Of a DNA stretch of 64,000 nt, positions 13,866 through 26,139 are shown in pieces. Numbering within the stretch: position 1 is the stretch's first letter; each line of letters starts with the position of its first letter. Position numbers and translations under genes: made by a program. Where the stretch lies: contig CM060732.1 of assembly GCA_030704615.1 (NCBI GenBank), positions 59,644,001-59,708,000 on the forward strand. The letters are read 5' to 3'. Below the pieces are notes generated by a model that worked only from the letters and a program-made list of their open reading frames with translations, was not told where the DNA came from and ran no database searches. Source of the stretch: Takakia lepidozioides (taxonomy: Eukaryota > Plantae > Bryophyta).

Positions 13866-13874
13866 TATATAAAT
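13866..13874 (+). promoter_or_regulatory. Putative TATA box of PME gene
   Basis: TATATAAAT ~170 bp upstream of ATG 14044. Confidence 0.55.
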
Positions 13875-14043
13875 CGTTCTCGTCTCCCTCCCAACACACA
13901 GCACTTGAGTGAGCGAGTGGAAATTCAAAACAGCCTGAGATCGTTCAAGGGAGGGCGACAGTAGATCTATCAGCTATAGAAACCTTTTGAGGGAGCAGCG
14001 AGACACAATCTGTGACATATTTTCAGTCTTTCAATTTAGAGAT

Positions 14044-16514
14044 ATGGGCCGCACCGTTAGACTTCCCCATTGTCTGTTCCTGTGCGGAGTGATCTTCCTC
14101 TTGACGTGGCCGAAGGCAGTGATGTGCACTCCTCTCGATGATGTAAAGAGCGACTTCCTTGCATGGGTGGATCGGGTGGGCAAAGCGCACCAGGCAGGAT
14201 TGGCAGCTGGTACTGTCGGAACTGCGTCCGAGAACCTAGCTGCTAGGAAGGCCGGCGGAGGTAAAATTGTTGTTGACCAAGGTGGAGCAGGTAATTACAA
14301 GACAGTGCAGGAGGCAGTGAATGCAGCGGGGGGGGGCGGACGAGTCGTCATTCAAATTAACGCTGGGACTTATAAGTGAGTTCGACCCCATTTCTTCCTT
14401 TGTCAGATCACGAATCATTTCTGTTCATTTTGGCAGCTTCAGCATAACGTGTGAAAGAGAACAAGAGTGAATTGTTATGCCGGGTTGGACGACGGGCACA
14501 AGAAGTAAGTGCATTCAAAGGCGGACTCTACAGTGAGATGTCAGTGCAGCGGTCTATTAAATATTCATGAATCTACAGCTGTTAGTGCATTTGAATCGAT
14601 TTTCCTACCCTTCTGAGACTGTCTAAAGTTCGAATGTGAAATGGAACTAAGATTTCTCAATCTCTAGAAACTAGAGTTCGGTACTGAAATCCAGGAACTT
14701 TGGTCGGACCTTGCAGAGAGAAGATTAAGATTCCATCGGGAAAGACCATAACATTCCAGGGAAATGGGAACCCAGTGCTTGTTTGGGGCGATACTGCAAA
14801 TTCGGCTGGAAGTACGTTCAGCAGCGCCTCAGTTGCAGTCAATTCTGATGATTTCATTGCAACGGGTGTAACCTTCAAGGTAACTAGAGCTCCAGATGTT
14901 GAGTGACAATTTTCCCCTGTACCTCGGACTGAATAGTCGAGCCTGCATATGATTCACCATCATACAGTCGAGTGTACATACTTCAAGTGGGTCTACATGA
15001 ATTTGTCTACTTGGGTGAGTATTGCAACCCACGGATGTAGATCATCGCGGTTTTGGGCTCAAAGGTTGAGCTTTCCAAAATCTTGTAGTTCATTTACAGA
15101 TGATTTCTTCGATGTCTCTATTTGCCTTGCGGGAAATGTATCTGGTGTGCATCTATTCAGCGCCCTTGGGCCTATTTCGTGAGCTCTATCATAAAATCCC
15201 AGGGACTTGGCTTCTGATGCTCGATCTTTGGATAACAAATTCAGGATTTATCTCAAAGGTACCTGAACAAATATATTCAGTTTCTCAGCTCTAAAATCTA
15301 CCACCTGATTTTGTCGAATCGACTGTAAGCCTTGGACTGTGTCTTTCGCACAATTCCTGATTACGGTAGGGTACTTGCATTGAAATTGTGATCTGCATGT
15401 AGAATTCAGCGCCAGCTCCACCAGGGGGAGCAGTTGGCCGACAAGCAGTTGCGCTGCGGGTTTCGGGAGATAGAGCTGCCTTCTACGATTGCTCATTTTA
15501 TGGAGCTCAAGACACATTGTACGACCACCAGGGCCGCCACTATTTCAAGAACTGCTACATTCAGGGATCCATTGACTTTATCTTTGGCGATGGCAAGTCT
15601 CTATATCAGGTACCAGTTGGGCAAAGTGTACCTCTGGGATCCCTGCCTAAACATAACGCCGGATTCTGCAATTCATGTACTAAGTAGCATTAGTATGTAA
15701 AAATCGTATACATGTCGAGGCTAGACTTGTACAACAGTGTGTGTTCTTTGCGATCAGTACTGCTCAGCATTCAGATAACCTGGGTTGGCTGGAATTGGAA
15801 AGCTGCAATTGATGTGCTGAATGGCTGTGCAGAGTTGTACACTCCATTCAATCGCCAGTGGAAGTGGATCATTGACTGCACAGAATAGAGGAAGTGGTTC
15901 TGAGGACACAGGCTTCTCCTTCGTGGGCTGCACAGTTACAGGTTCGGGTCCTGTGTACTTGGGGCGCGCCTGGGGTCCCTACTCCAGAGTAGTCTTCGCC
16001 AATACCTATATTGGCAACCTCATCTACCCGGCAGGCTGGTTTAATTGGGGCGACAGTAGTAGAGAAAAGTGAGCATCAAATCATCTTTCGGACTTATTTA
16101 AAATAAGTGCAAGTTTGGTTTGTATGATCAGTACAGGAATTTGATTGTCTTGAGCTCGCTCAGGTTGCCACAGCACGCTCCATACATATGGATTGTTTGG
16201 GATGAGCTGAACAGTGCTGAGCACTGCTTTCTCTTTCCTCCACAACACTCCTCAGAGCCCTCTTTTCAGGATAATGTTCATCTTAGAATACTCTTAATTG
16301 GTCCGTAAGTATGATCTACCTTGAATAACTGACCTAGTGTACGGTGTTTTATGTGGACCCTGTCAGGACGGTCTTCTACGGACAGTACCAATGCTCCGGC
16401 CCTGGTGCAAGTGAGAGCGGGCGTGTCGCTTGGTCTCACGAGCTGTCGGCTTCGCAGGCTGCGCCTTTCATGGACGTCAGCTTCGTTAATGGTAACCAAT
16501 GGCTTCAATCATGA
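14044..16514 (+). CDS. PME: Pectin methylesterase (no PMEI pro-domain), 5 exons: 14044-14375, 14717-14879, 15403-15609, 15833-16068, 16367-16514
   Basis: All introns GT-AG with compatible phases; hydrophobic signal peptide; conserved motifs GTYKE, QAVAL, QDTL, DFIFG, LGRAW; stop TGA 16512-16514. Confidence 0.96.
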
Positions 16515-18919
16515 TTTGTTGACCCAACTGGTAGTGCGTAGATCCAGCCATCTCGCACACCAAAGCAGGCCCTACCGGATGCACCAAGTAAGGGCGTGGG
16601 TGGCATATATTTCCTATAATTGTCGACACGTATCATATAGGATTCTAAGTTCCTCGTCGACACTATGCGTTGATATGTGTTGTGTTCAAAGTTGTGGCTT
16701 GTACTTGCGAAACCAAGTTCAGACAGCTATCCTTGAATAGGTGCGCGGTTCTAAGTTCTGCTGAACTTGTCCTCGACAGCCGATATAAACAGCGTCGAGT
16801 CTAGAAGTTCTGTGATGCTGAAACTGTAAAGATTTTGTTGTACCCTGTTATATATACATTAATAAAGTGAGCCAACCGTTATTTGAAGTAACTTGTCGCA
16901 TGATAGTTCCGCTGTGAGGTTTGCCTGGATTTGATGGCTTTGACAATGGCCATAGATAGCAGCTCGTAATATGTCAATTGTTCAAAACATGTACATATAC
17001 CCCTGTACCAGTTAGAATGCGCTGATCGGTGGTCTCACAGTGGTAGCAGCTGGGCAATGGGTCATGATTGAAGCCATTGATTACTGTTGATGGAGGGTTG
17101 TCCGAGAGAGGCAGAGTCTGCTGTGCCATGAGGTCGTGAGACCAGGCGATGCGCCCGAGCTCATATTACAGCTCTTTTGCATTTTCACAGCTCGACTTCT
17201 TCTACCACAAGTGCTTGGAGCTTAAATCCTCACCCTGACTCTTGGTGTGTTTCTTTGGGATACCATTGTATTTGCATGTTTGGTTAAAGAAGAAGGAATT
17301 AAACAGCTGGAAACGGTAACTGGGGGGAGGGACGAAGGGAGAACACCCCGGGGTGGGTTTTCATTTACTGCAGCTTAGGCTGTCTTACACATGAATACCA
17401 AATTTGCTCGAGAGAGACGTAAGCTTCAGCTCTCAAGACCCGTAGGCCTTATTACGCCCTTCCTTATGTCATCAGGCACACACTGCCACCAGATATATAT
17501 TTACAATCAGCAGCCACCCTTCTCAGAGAATCAATCATATAGGAGAGAAAACAGTTTGTGTTGAGCAACGGTTGTCAGGAGGACTCAGGAGTCTGCAGAA
17601 GGCCATTCATGTCAGTGCTGCAGACGGTGAATCAGCTATTTTGGAGCAGTCTGGAACCCAAATCCCCAAAAGTACTACTTGACTCTTGTGGAACAAACTG
17701 GTTCCGGGCCCACAAGCCCACCACGCCGCCTCTCTCGAGACTCGGATGCTACAAAAACATGGACTCGCATTCTAGACTCTTTCCCCCACAACTCCCAAGG
17801 CTTCTCCTCTTTCCGTCCACATCTTCTCTCCGTTCGTCCAGAAGTTCGTCGTAGCATCGGCCCCACGTCGGGCCGGGCCCAATAGAAGCTGACGACAATA
17901 TATCGGCACCGGCCATTGCTTTCCACTTGCCTTTCCGGTCTGGGTATTCTCTTGGGATATACAGTAAGTATTAGGTACCGTACGTGAATAGTACGTTGAT
18001 AGTTGGACAGGTAGTTTCTGTAGGTATCAAGAGCGACATGAGTGTGTAGGTACATACTTTAAGGACTACGGAGGTACCTTTCACTCCAGGCCAGTTGTTA
18101 TATATACCTGCCAACAGTCAAACTCTGGGCAAACGGTATGGGATATATGTTGCTTTTGCGATAAAGACAATAGTTGAAGGTCCGAGAAAAAAATTGCAGT
18201 GACTCTTTACAGTACTGTACAGAAAAAGTTAAAGAGCGCGGACCCACCCCCAAGCGGCTTGGTTTTCATGACTCAACACCCAAAAGCTAGGCCTGGATGG
18301 AATATTTCATCCATATTACATACGCTTACATCCATTCGGAGGCTGCAGATGGAAGTAGTAGTAGGTATAAGGAATTATCTTCCGTCTGTATACGTACACG
18401 TAGGTCCCTCGTATACTCCGAATGGGTAGAATTCGATTTGGAAAAGCGGAGGTACAGAATGGATCGAGCCTGATCATCTTCATCTCTTGAGCTCGGTATG
18501 AATTTCTTTTCCCATGTCGAGGCCATGTCTGTCGATCTGTCTAGTTCTTGTTGATGTGCGCTGAGCAGGTTCCAAGATCATGAAGAACTGGCGCTTGGAG
18601 AGAAACTGTGAGGAGAGCCGGGGTGATGTGGGTGACGATGATCGATCCACCGGACCATGAAATATAGTTAGGATTCACACATTCTTCGCAGTGTAGGTAG
18701 CGACTCTGATTTTTATTACAAGGAAACCTCGGTTTCTGTCATGAACGCTGGCACATTCACTATGCTTACCTTGTGGCACCGTCAAATTTAACACTACATC
18801 TTATTGTCGTTTGCATGTTGCGACAGGCGCATTTATGGAAACAATTTACGTAATCTAGAAATTTACTAACTGGCTGTTAACCTTTTTCACATAGGAATCT
18901 AGGATAAGCTGGTCGGATT

Positions 18920-20144
18920 CTAACGGCGGCACACGATTCCACCTGTTTTGGCGATTCCCGTGTTACCACATTCTGTGCGGTAGGTTGGCATGGCCAGCGG
19001 ATTGGCCGGCATAGTAGCGATGCCAGAGAACTGGGTAAGTTTGCAATCCGCTGTCAACAAACCGGAGTTGGAGAACTTGTCGTCGCCTCCCATGATGGGC
19101 ATGGGCACGTCTCTCTTGACTGGATTTTTGAATGCTGGCTGATAAGTCTGTCCGATGACACCATTTACAGTGGCTGTCAAGTTGTAGAAGTTGAACTGCA
19201 TGTCCAGATGAGCGAAGCAGTCCTCCGTCGTTATCTGGTAGTTGTGGGTTTTGCTTTCACTATCAGTGATGGGCACTGCGCTCAATGCAACATTCATCTT
19301 CTCCTTAATGGTAATGAGTATACTATTCTTGTCTGTGATGCGCTCCACCGTGACCTCGCCATCGCTGGATGTCCATTCAGCTTCAATGTCTTCAGGAACC
19401 TCGAAAGGCTTCCCGTCGAATGAGAACACGAGCTGATCAACCTTGTCGTCCCATGTGCTCACCTTCTTAACAGCCACAGTGAGTGTGTGAGAATCAAAGA
19501 GAAATCCAAGAGCCTGAACCCATGTGTAATCACGACTCCTGCCCTCAGGCCTTTTGCCAATGAAGTGAGCGTTGATGTGAAGATTCTGGTCGGAAACAAG
19601 GCAGAAATCTTGGTCCTTCTTTCCATGGAAGTAGAACATCACACCGTCCCCACCAACGATTCGAGGGTCGAAGCACATCGCCCCGTAGCCAGGGCAATGT
19701 GGCTTGCGATCTGCCGTGACGCATATCCAAGCATTACGATCAACCTTTCATGTGAGCCCCATTGAGTTCTATTTCAAATCCTAAATATTCAGTGATCACT
19801 CTTGCTTAAGTAACAATTGTAGATTGTCGGGTACGGCAGGAAATTTATACAGACAACGCAAACACTCATATTTGTAACTCAAGAAGCAGCTCTAGAAAAG
19901 ATCAAAGGACTTAGAAGTACTTACGTCTGCACTTCACACTGCAGTCGTCACAGTTGATGTAGCATGCCTTCCTGTCGTCCGAAAAGGAATTCGTCAAGCG
20001 GCTCCCACACTTCCTAGGGCATCTGAGGAGGGGACATCCGCTTTTAACCCCGCAATTGACTATGTCGGCCGCTGCAATGGGCTCTGCCACCAGCACGGCC
20101 AGAGCCGCCACCAACAGCAGGAATCCGCCATACTTGAAATCCAT
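18920..20144 (-). CDS. Root_cap domain / LEA-related secreted protein, 2 exons: 20144-19925 and 19710-18920
   Basis: Signal peptide, Cys-rich N-terminus, GT-AG phase-1 intron giving KCRHRKPHCPGYGAMCFDPRIVGGDGVMFYFHGKKDQDFCLVSD...HINAHFIG...DCFAHLD...GVIGQTY...MPIMGG...GIVCRR. Confidence 0.94.
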
Positions 20145-20262
20145 TGCTACCCAAGCTACAAAATGCTGGAAGATGCAAACAGCAGACCGATATTAAGAGA
20201 GCTCAGACAGTGGCCAGCTGGGACTCCAGGTTAGAAGTGGAATTAGACATGGATTGACCTGC

Positions 20263-20270
20263 TATTTATA
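20263..20270 (-). promoter_or_regulatory. Putative TATA box of Root_cap gene
   Basis: TATAAATA on minus strand ~120 bp upstream of ATG. Confidence 0.55.
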
Positions 20271-20948
20271 CTCCATAGGCAGATCCACTTGCGGATATAC
20301 ACAGTCCATGGTCCACGGCGATGCCCTGATCTCCACCATACCCAACTTTTTCTCATGACTTACAACATCGTGCGTGCAGAGCTCCATGTCTTAGTTGCTT
20401 CTCGCTGTGACTCCAAAAGCGGGCAAGAAAGATGGTTCAAACTTCAAACAGTAGTAAGGCTTAACTGCCTTACTAGTTATTTTGCTTCTATGCACTAACA
20501 GCTATAGTTGGGCAAGGGTCAATTTTCTTAACAGCAACTGGTTGACTTCTTAGTTCAAAAACCAGTATTTTTACGGTAGTCATAAACAGCAACTGTTGAA
20601 CGGCCTTAAGAGAAAAGTGATGAATCATGACATTGTGGGTCATGCATCAAAGTAGTCGGCATATTCCATAGTATCACAAAGTCGCCACTAGGTGCCAAAA
20701 ATAATTAGTTTTAGAATTAGCATGGACAGCTTCATAAGCCTGAAATTTGGGCCCTACATGTTTTTTTTTTTCGATGTTTTGGGATTGAATTATTGCAATA
20801 AAAATCCACCAAATTTTTTAGTCTGATAAGAAATTAATAATTTTCTTCCAATAAGTTAAGTAAAATTGACGCTCACAGTTATACCGGCCTCAAGCAGGTT
20901 CGCCGGCATCGAACCTGCTGTAATAGTCACTAGAAATCCCATTCCCTT

Positions 20949-21097
20949 GCATAAAAGATTAGGGCTAAATTCTAGTGACGTATTTCCCTCACTAGAATCA
21001 TAAAGGTCACTAGAATCATAAAGCTGATCACGATGCAATTCCGTGAAATAATCAACCTCTAAGCAATGAAGGAATATTTAGCCCTAATCTTTTATGC
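20949..21097. repeat. 22-bp perfect inverted repeat with internal 18-bp direct duplication
   Basis: GCATAAAAGATTAGGGCTAAAT (20949-20970) / ATTTAGCCCTAATCTTTTATGC (21076-21097); CACTAGAATCATAAAG twice inside. Confidence 0.75.
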
Positions 21098-23184
21098 GTA
21101 TGTTTTGCAACATCTCGACATTTTTATAAGAAAATGAAATTAAAAAAACAGTTAAATATTTTATGAAAAAATGTCAAACTTATCAGGCAGCTAATTTAAA
21201 ATTTATATTTTGTTGACCCTAATAATAATGTATGACGCTTTGTGGTGTCTCTTGATCCCGAGTGGCTAGTGCCAAGGTTCCCGTAGGAAGGATGGACACA
21301 TGTGTGACACCAATCAGTGGATTGAAACCCACAACCAATTGGGAGGTGGTAGTGCCCATTGTTGACCCTTCATTGTTCTACCGTAGTCGAATTTGAGTTT
21401 GATAAGATCACCCATGTGGAATTTTTGAAAGTATCCTAGCAATTCTTATACCTCTCTCAAGGGTACATGTCCATCTACACCCAATCAGTCCCCAGTACTA
21501 TAGGGAATAATTCCAAACACCCACTATTTGAGATGACTAGATAGCTCCGCACAAATTTGGCTACAAATTTGGCTCCACATCCAGTTGCTCTTGCCATGAC
21601 CTATTACTGCAAGTGGGAGTGACCTACGTGCAAGTAGTGATCTCACAATAGTCGGCGCCCGCTCTGCTCTCCTGATGGGGATGGAGCACGTATATAATGC
21701 CCAATTCCATTGACTACTCATGTAAGAATTTCATGGGGAATATTAGTATCACCACGCAACATTGGCCACTTGCAACATGTAGAGCACGACGTGGAGGGGC
21801 CGGCCCGCATGGATGGGCATGAATCTCCGAAATGAGGATTTATGCTCCCACCAGGAGGGTTTCCATTGCTTATATTGCACCTATTATTTGGTGGTCATGT
21901 GACCCATTCTCATGTGCACTAGTGGATATGAAACTCTGCCCAATTGTTGCCCCATCACACCCAAGAGCCCCGCCTAAAATGTTTTGGGCAGACATTGGCC
22001 TCTTCAAGTGTAAAAAGACCCTTGGGGTGTCTTTCCACCTACACCCATTCACCCTAATTCGCCATATAATAGTGGGTGAGGATGTGATGACAAGTTTTGA
22101 GCTTGGTGGAGATGCGGAGTTCCTCTAGGATTAGTTCTTAGAAAGCAAGTATGTAGTGAGGAAGGGAGAGCAATGCAAAATAGGGTGTACACTAGGTTGT
22201 ACACCGAAATCCAATTTTACCTTTGTAAACTCATGTTGACAGAAAATTTATACAAAGGAACAAGAGGTTCTCATGCCATGCCACTTATCAATACAATACA
22301 TTATGAATTCAAGCTCGAAGAATCTTATCCTGGCAACATTCTTTGAGCAGCCAGGATGAAGCCACATTTCTACATTGACCCTGAGTGAGTAGATAGCCGA
22401 CATTCCATCCAAAATTAAAAATAGATGTGCACCTGCCACCCACATTCATGCACTACAAGGTCAATTATTAGTGATTAACTATGAGGAAGACCATCCACAG
22501 AAGAGGTCAAGATGACATTGTGAATCATCTACAGAATAGGAGATGGAGCAGATCATGCTAGATATATAAGCTTAGAGATTTAGTAGTGGGTAGAGTCCAT
22601 ATAAATAAGAAAGAATAGGAGAAGGGAAAACTCTCTTGAGGCCCGATCCTAGATGGCTTGACTGTGAGACAAAAACTCTTATAAGATCTCATTTATATGT
22701 GAATAAAGAAGTTCATTCCTCCATCTGTTTTAAGAACTGTAGTTTACATAAATATTGTGGTGTGTGGCAACATTAGTTGATAACTAAAATAGGCTTAATA
22801 AAGCTCCAGGGCCGCTGTGAAGAAGAAAAAAAAAAAAACAATTGCACACAAGATCTAAAAAGCAGTCTTGTAAAAAACCCTTGCTAATCGCAACCTAATT
22901 GGGCTATGGCGTAAGTGGAGGGTTTAATTTTTTCCCTCCCAATAATTCTTCATGTAAGGGCTTCGCCCACCAAAAATATTTGATAATAAATTTAACCAGG
23001 GCCCAACCCTGTTAACCAATAAATAATAAATAATGAAAAATGGGCTTAAGTTTTAACCGCCAACCAAAAAAATATCAAATTGTAAAAATCGCATTGGAGA
23101 AGTACTTCTATCATGAAATAACTTTGAAATGGTGGGATAAATTACCGCATTGCCTTGGAACTTGAATAACAACTCTTTTGAATA

Positions 23185-23769
23185 CCGTCCCTTATCAACC
23201 ATTCAGGCGATAATTAACTCAAATTGAAAGTGCCTAACGCGTTTTGGGAATTTTTCAAATTTTGGCCTAATTGCACGGAAATTATGGGACCAAAGTGCCT
23301 AATGCCTAAAATTTCCAGCAAAAAACATTCCAGCCTCTTCTCATGTTGTTTGTAATAAGATGAAAATATCATTGAACAAAAATCAATAAAAATATATGCG
23401 TGCAAAATTAGCTTCCTACAAATCCCAATCTATTTGCGAGAGCTCCATGTAACTTCGAAAGGCCCCTTGATAGACTCGACAATATCATCATATTCATCCT
23501 GGAGGGTAGATGGAGCCTGCATGCTTGGAGGAGATTTGAGCTGGGCCTGTTGGCATGGGACAAGGGGCCCATGGGCATTGGGTTTCTATTTTGTATTTTT
23601 ATTCTTAAGAAAATAAATGTTTTCTCTTCTCATGTGCCTAAATTCAAAAAACTTATAGCATGAAAAGATGCCTAATGTGAGAAATGGTTTGAGAAACGTG
23701 CCTAAGCAGTCTGTTTGGTTTTTAATAATTATTAGGGGCAAAAATGTCTAAACGGTTGATAAGGGACGG
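23185..23769. mobile_element. Tc1/mariner-type MITE
   Basis: TA|CCGTCCCTTATCAACC ... GGTTGATAAGGGACGG|TA: 16-bp perfect TIR with TA target duplication, non-coding interior. Confidence 0.85.
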
Positions 23770-25543
23770 TACATCTAAACAAACGCATAAAATCATCCGA
23801 CCAACAGCACCCGGAATCGGCTCCATCTTGATGGTTTGTACTAAACGTTGAACATAGCATAATCACAGCTGCCAATCGTTGTTTTGGAAAATATTTCTAA
23901 GAATTTTAACCAAGCAGAAGCTACCCGAATAACTCCCTGAATTGAATTTATACCAAAAAGTTTTGATAGACGCGAGAAATAGATAAATGATTGTGGGCCG
24001 TGGAAATGGACTCACAATATAGAAAAGAATAGAGTTTATTATAGAAAAGAATTTTGAATCGAGAGAAATTGTGTCTAGCCTCCTAGCACCTCTTTGAGAC
24101 TATCCTGCAGTTGCATGGAAAATATCTGTGAAAACACAACAATTGTCAACCGTGGCTTTGAAATGTGTAATGAGCATTGTTACTTTGAGGCTAAGCGCTC
24201 TAGCTCTCATTGGAAATGTAAACACTCACAAACCTTGAGTGGAAAGCATGAAAACATATATGTTTGAACTGTCTTATAGAACTGACCATCTTAAATTATT
24301 GTCATTTGCTAACACCTTAATCATATAGGTGATTAAGCTTTGCTTCATGGTCATCGCAGATACTTCCATTTATAGGTTGAAAAACAATAGTTGTATCAAT
24401 GTTTTGCATTCCTGACATATTCTTTATTCTGCATTGGTTTTTGAACAACTTTCTAGAGACGTAAGGAACTGCGGCTGATTTCTCTTTGCAAATATCTGCT
24501 CACTATAAAGCGTAATAGCCAGCCACATGTCGCAGGTGTGCATTACACGCTCGTGTAAGGCACACCTGCGATATTTCTTTATCTTTATATCCAAGATCTT
24601 TTCTCACAGGAAGCTACCAGCGGGGAGAAAATATAAAGGAAGGATGAAAAGAAAATGAAATCAACCTATTTCTTTACGCAAAAAAAAGCCCCTCGTGTCG
24701 GGCATTACTGGATTTTCGGGCCCGCGCCTCAGGCGCCCTCCACTCAGGGCTTTCCCCTATACTTAAAACACCCAAAATGTACAAATTTAGGATCCTTGAT
24801 AAAGTGCAAAGAGATGTATGTCAATTGACATTTACCATTGAAACTAAAAAAAATAGAATACAAAGACCACGAGGCATCTTTCAACAAAACAAAGAACAAC
24901 CTTGAATGATGTACTTCATGCTTACAACAAGAGAGCAACCTCCTAAGTTATGAGAGTCATTTCGAACATTAAACAAGAAGAACTATTTGAAGTAGAGATA
25001 TATACGATCCAGTTCCCCCAAGGGCCAAAACATCCTTATACCAGCCGAGTCATGATCAATTCCCTGAAATTCCTCAGTAAAGATATTGTGACCTTCTTAA
25101 ATGTGTTGTCCTTGCAAGAACATTTTGAGAAGAAAAGAACTCCTGCCAACGCTATACAACATTTTTTTTATTGCCAGATTTCGTCAAGTCCGGCTAAAGC
25201 TCCATATGTCTTTCGCCTTTGTGCATTCAAGGGGAGGGCGCATGTTGCCACCTTAGCCGTAGGAGCTGGCCTGCAATGAAGGGGCCAGATATGGACTTTC
25301 CAAAAGGCGGATTTGTCCTAGTCACTACTTGGCAAGGAATGGGAGAAACCATCTGTACCGGGCCCACCACTATGATTTTCACCACATCCCACATCCACTA
25401 TGGCCAACTCTATAGCCCACTCTCTAGTTCTACCCTTAGTTTTGAATTTGAGGAGATTAGTATTGAGTTCATTTGTGTACAGTGTAGATACTATCATATG
25501 CTCGAGTTGGTGAAGATCACAGGAGAGCAGCTGCGGCGTGAGC

Positions 25544-25575
25544 GTGCTCACGCTTAGCGCACTAAGCGTGAGCAC
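25544..25575. repeat. 14-bp-arm hairpin, possibly subterminal to the MULE
   Basis: GTGCTCACGCTTAG-CGCA-CTAAGCGTGAGCAC with extra GCGTGAG copies on both sides. Confidence 0.7.
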
Positions 25576-26139
25576 AAGTTAAGCGTGAGTCAGAAATTGG
25601 AAGTGGAACGTATAACCGTGGAAGAAGCAGGGCCTATTGTCATGGACGCAAACCGGTGCCTATTGGAGCCTAACATACCATGTTGGGACCGAAGACGCCG
25701 ACCTCCATGACAGAAAATGTGGGACGAATGTGTACGAAAAACTTCTCGACGAAGTAAGCATGGATGATTGGGTTTAGGGAAATGGATGAATGCAGGATGA
25801 ATGTTGGATGATAATGACTGGATGAATGTGGCGTGAATGAGTGAAATAGGATTGCTTGTAAAAGGCCATTCATGACATAAATCCCATTCATCTCATACAA
25901 AGTGAAATCATAAGCCAATTTTGTAATACAAGATTAATCTCATTCAAGAAAGTGTTGCCATTAACCAGCACTAAGTCTGATACAAGTCCACGTGTCTTGT
26001 CATGAACAACAGATCCAGAAGTCGCCATGGTGTACACCCGCCCATACCCTGGCAAGGGAACATTCACAATTTGGGTGACGCGACACTGCAGAGTTCTAGC
26101 AGAGTCCATCTTGCACTCATTGTCTGCACCAGCCTCAAC

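Noticed and set aside
21240-21340. tRNA/SINE-like B-box (GGTTTCAATCC on minus)
   Set aside because: No cloverleaf or clear A-box; insufficient support
22451-22460. CACTACAAGG as the left end for the 38616 terminus
   Set aside because: No subterminal repeats, and the flank (ATG) does not match ATC
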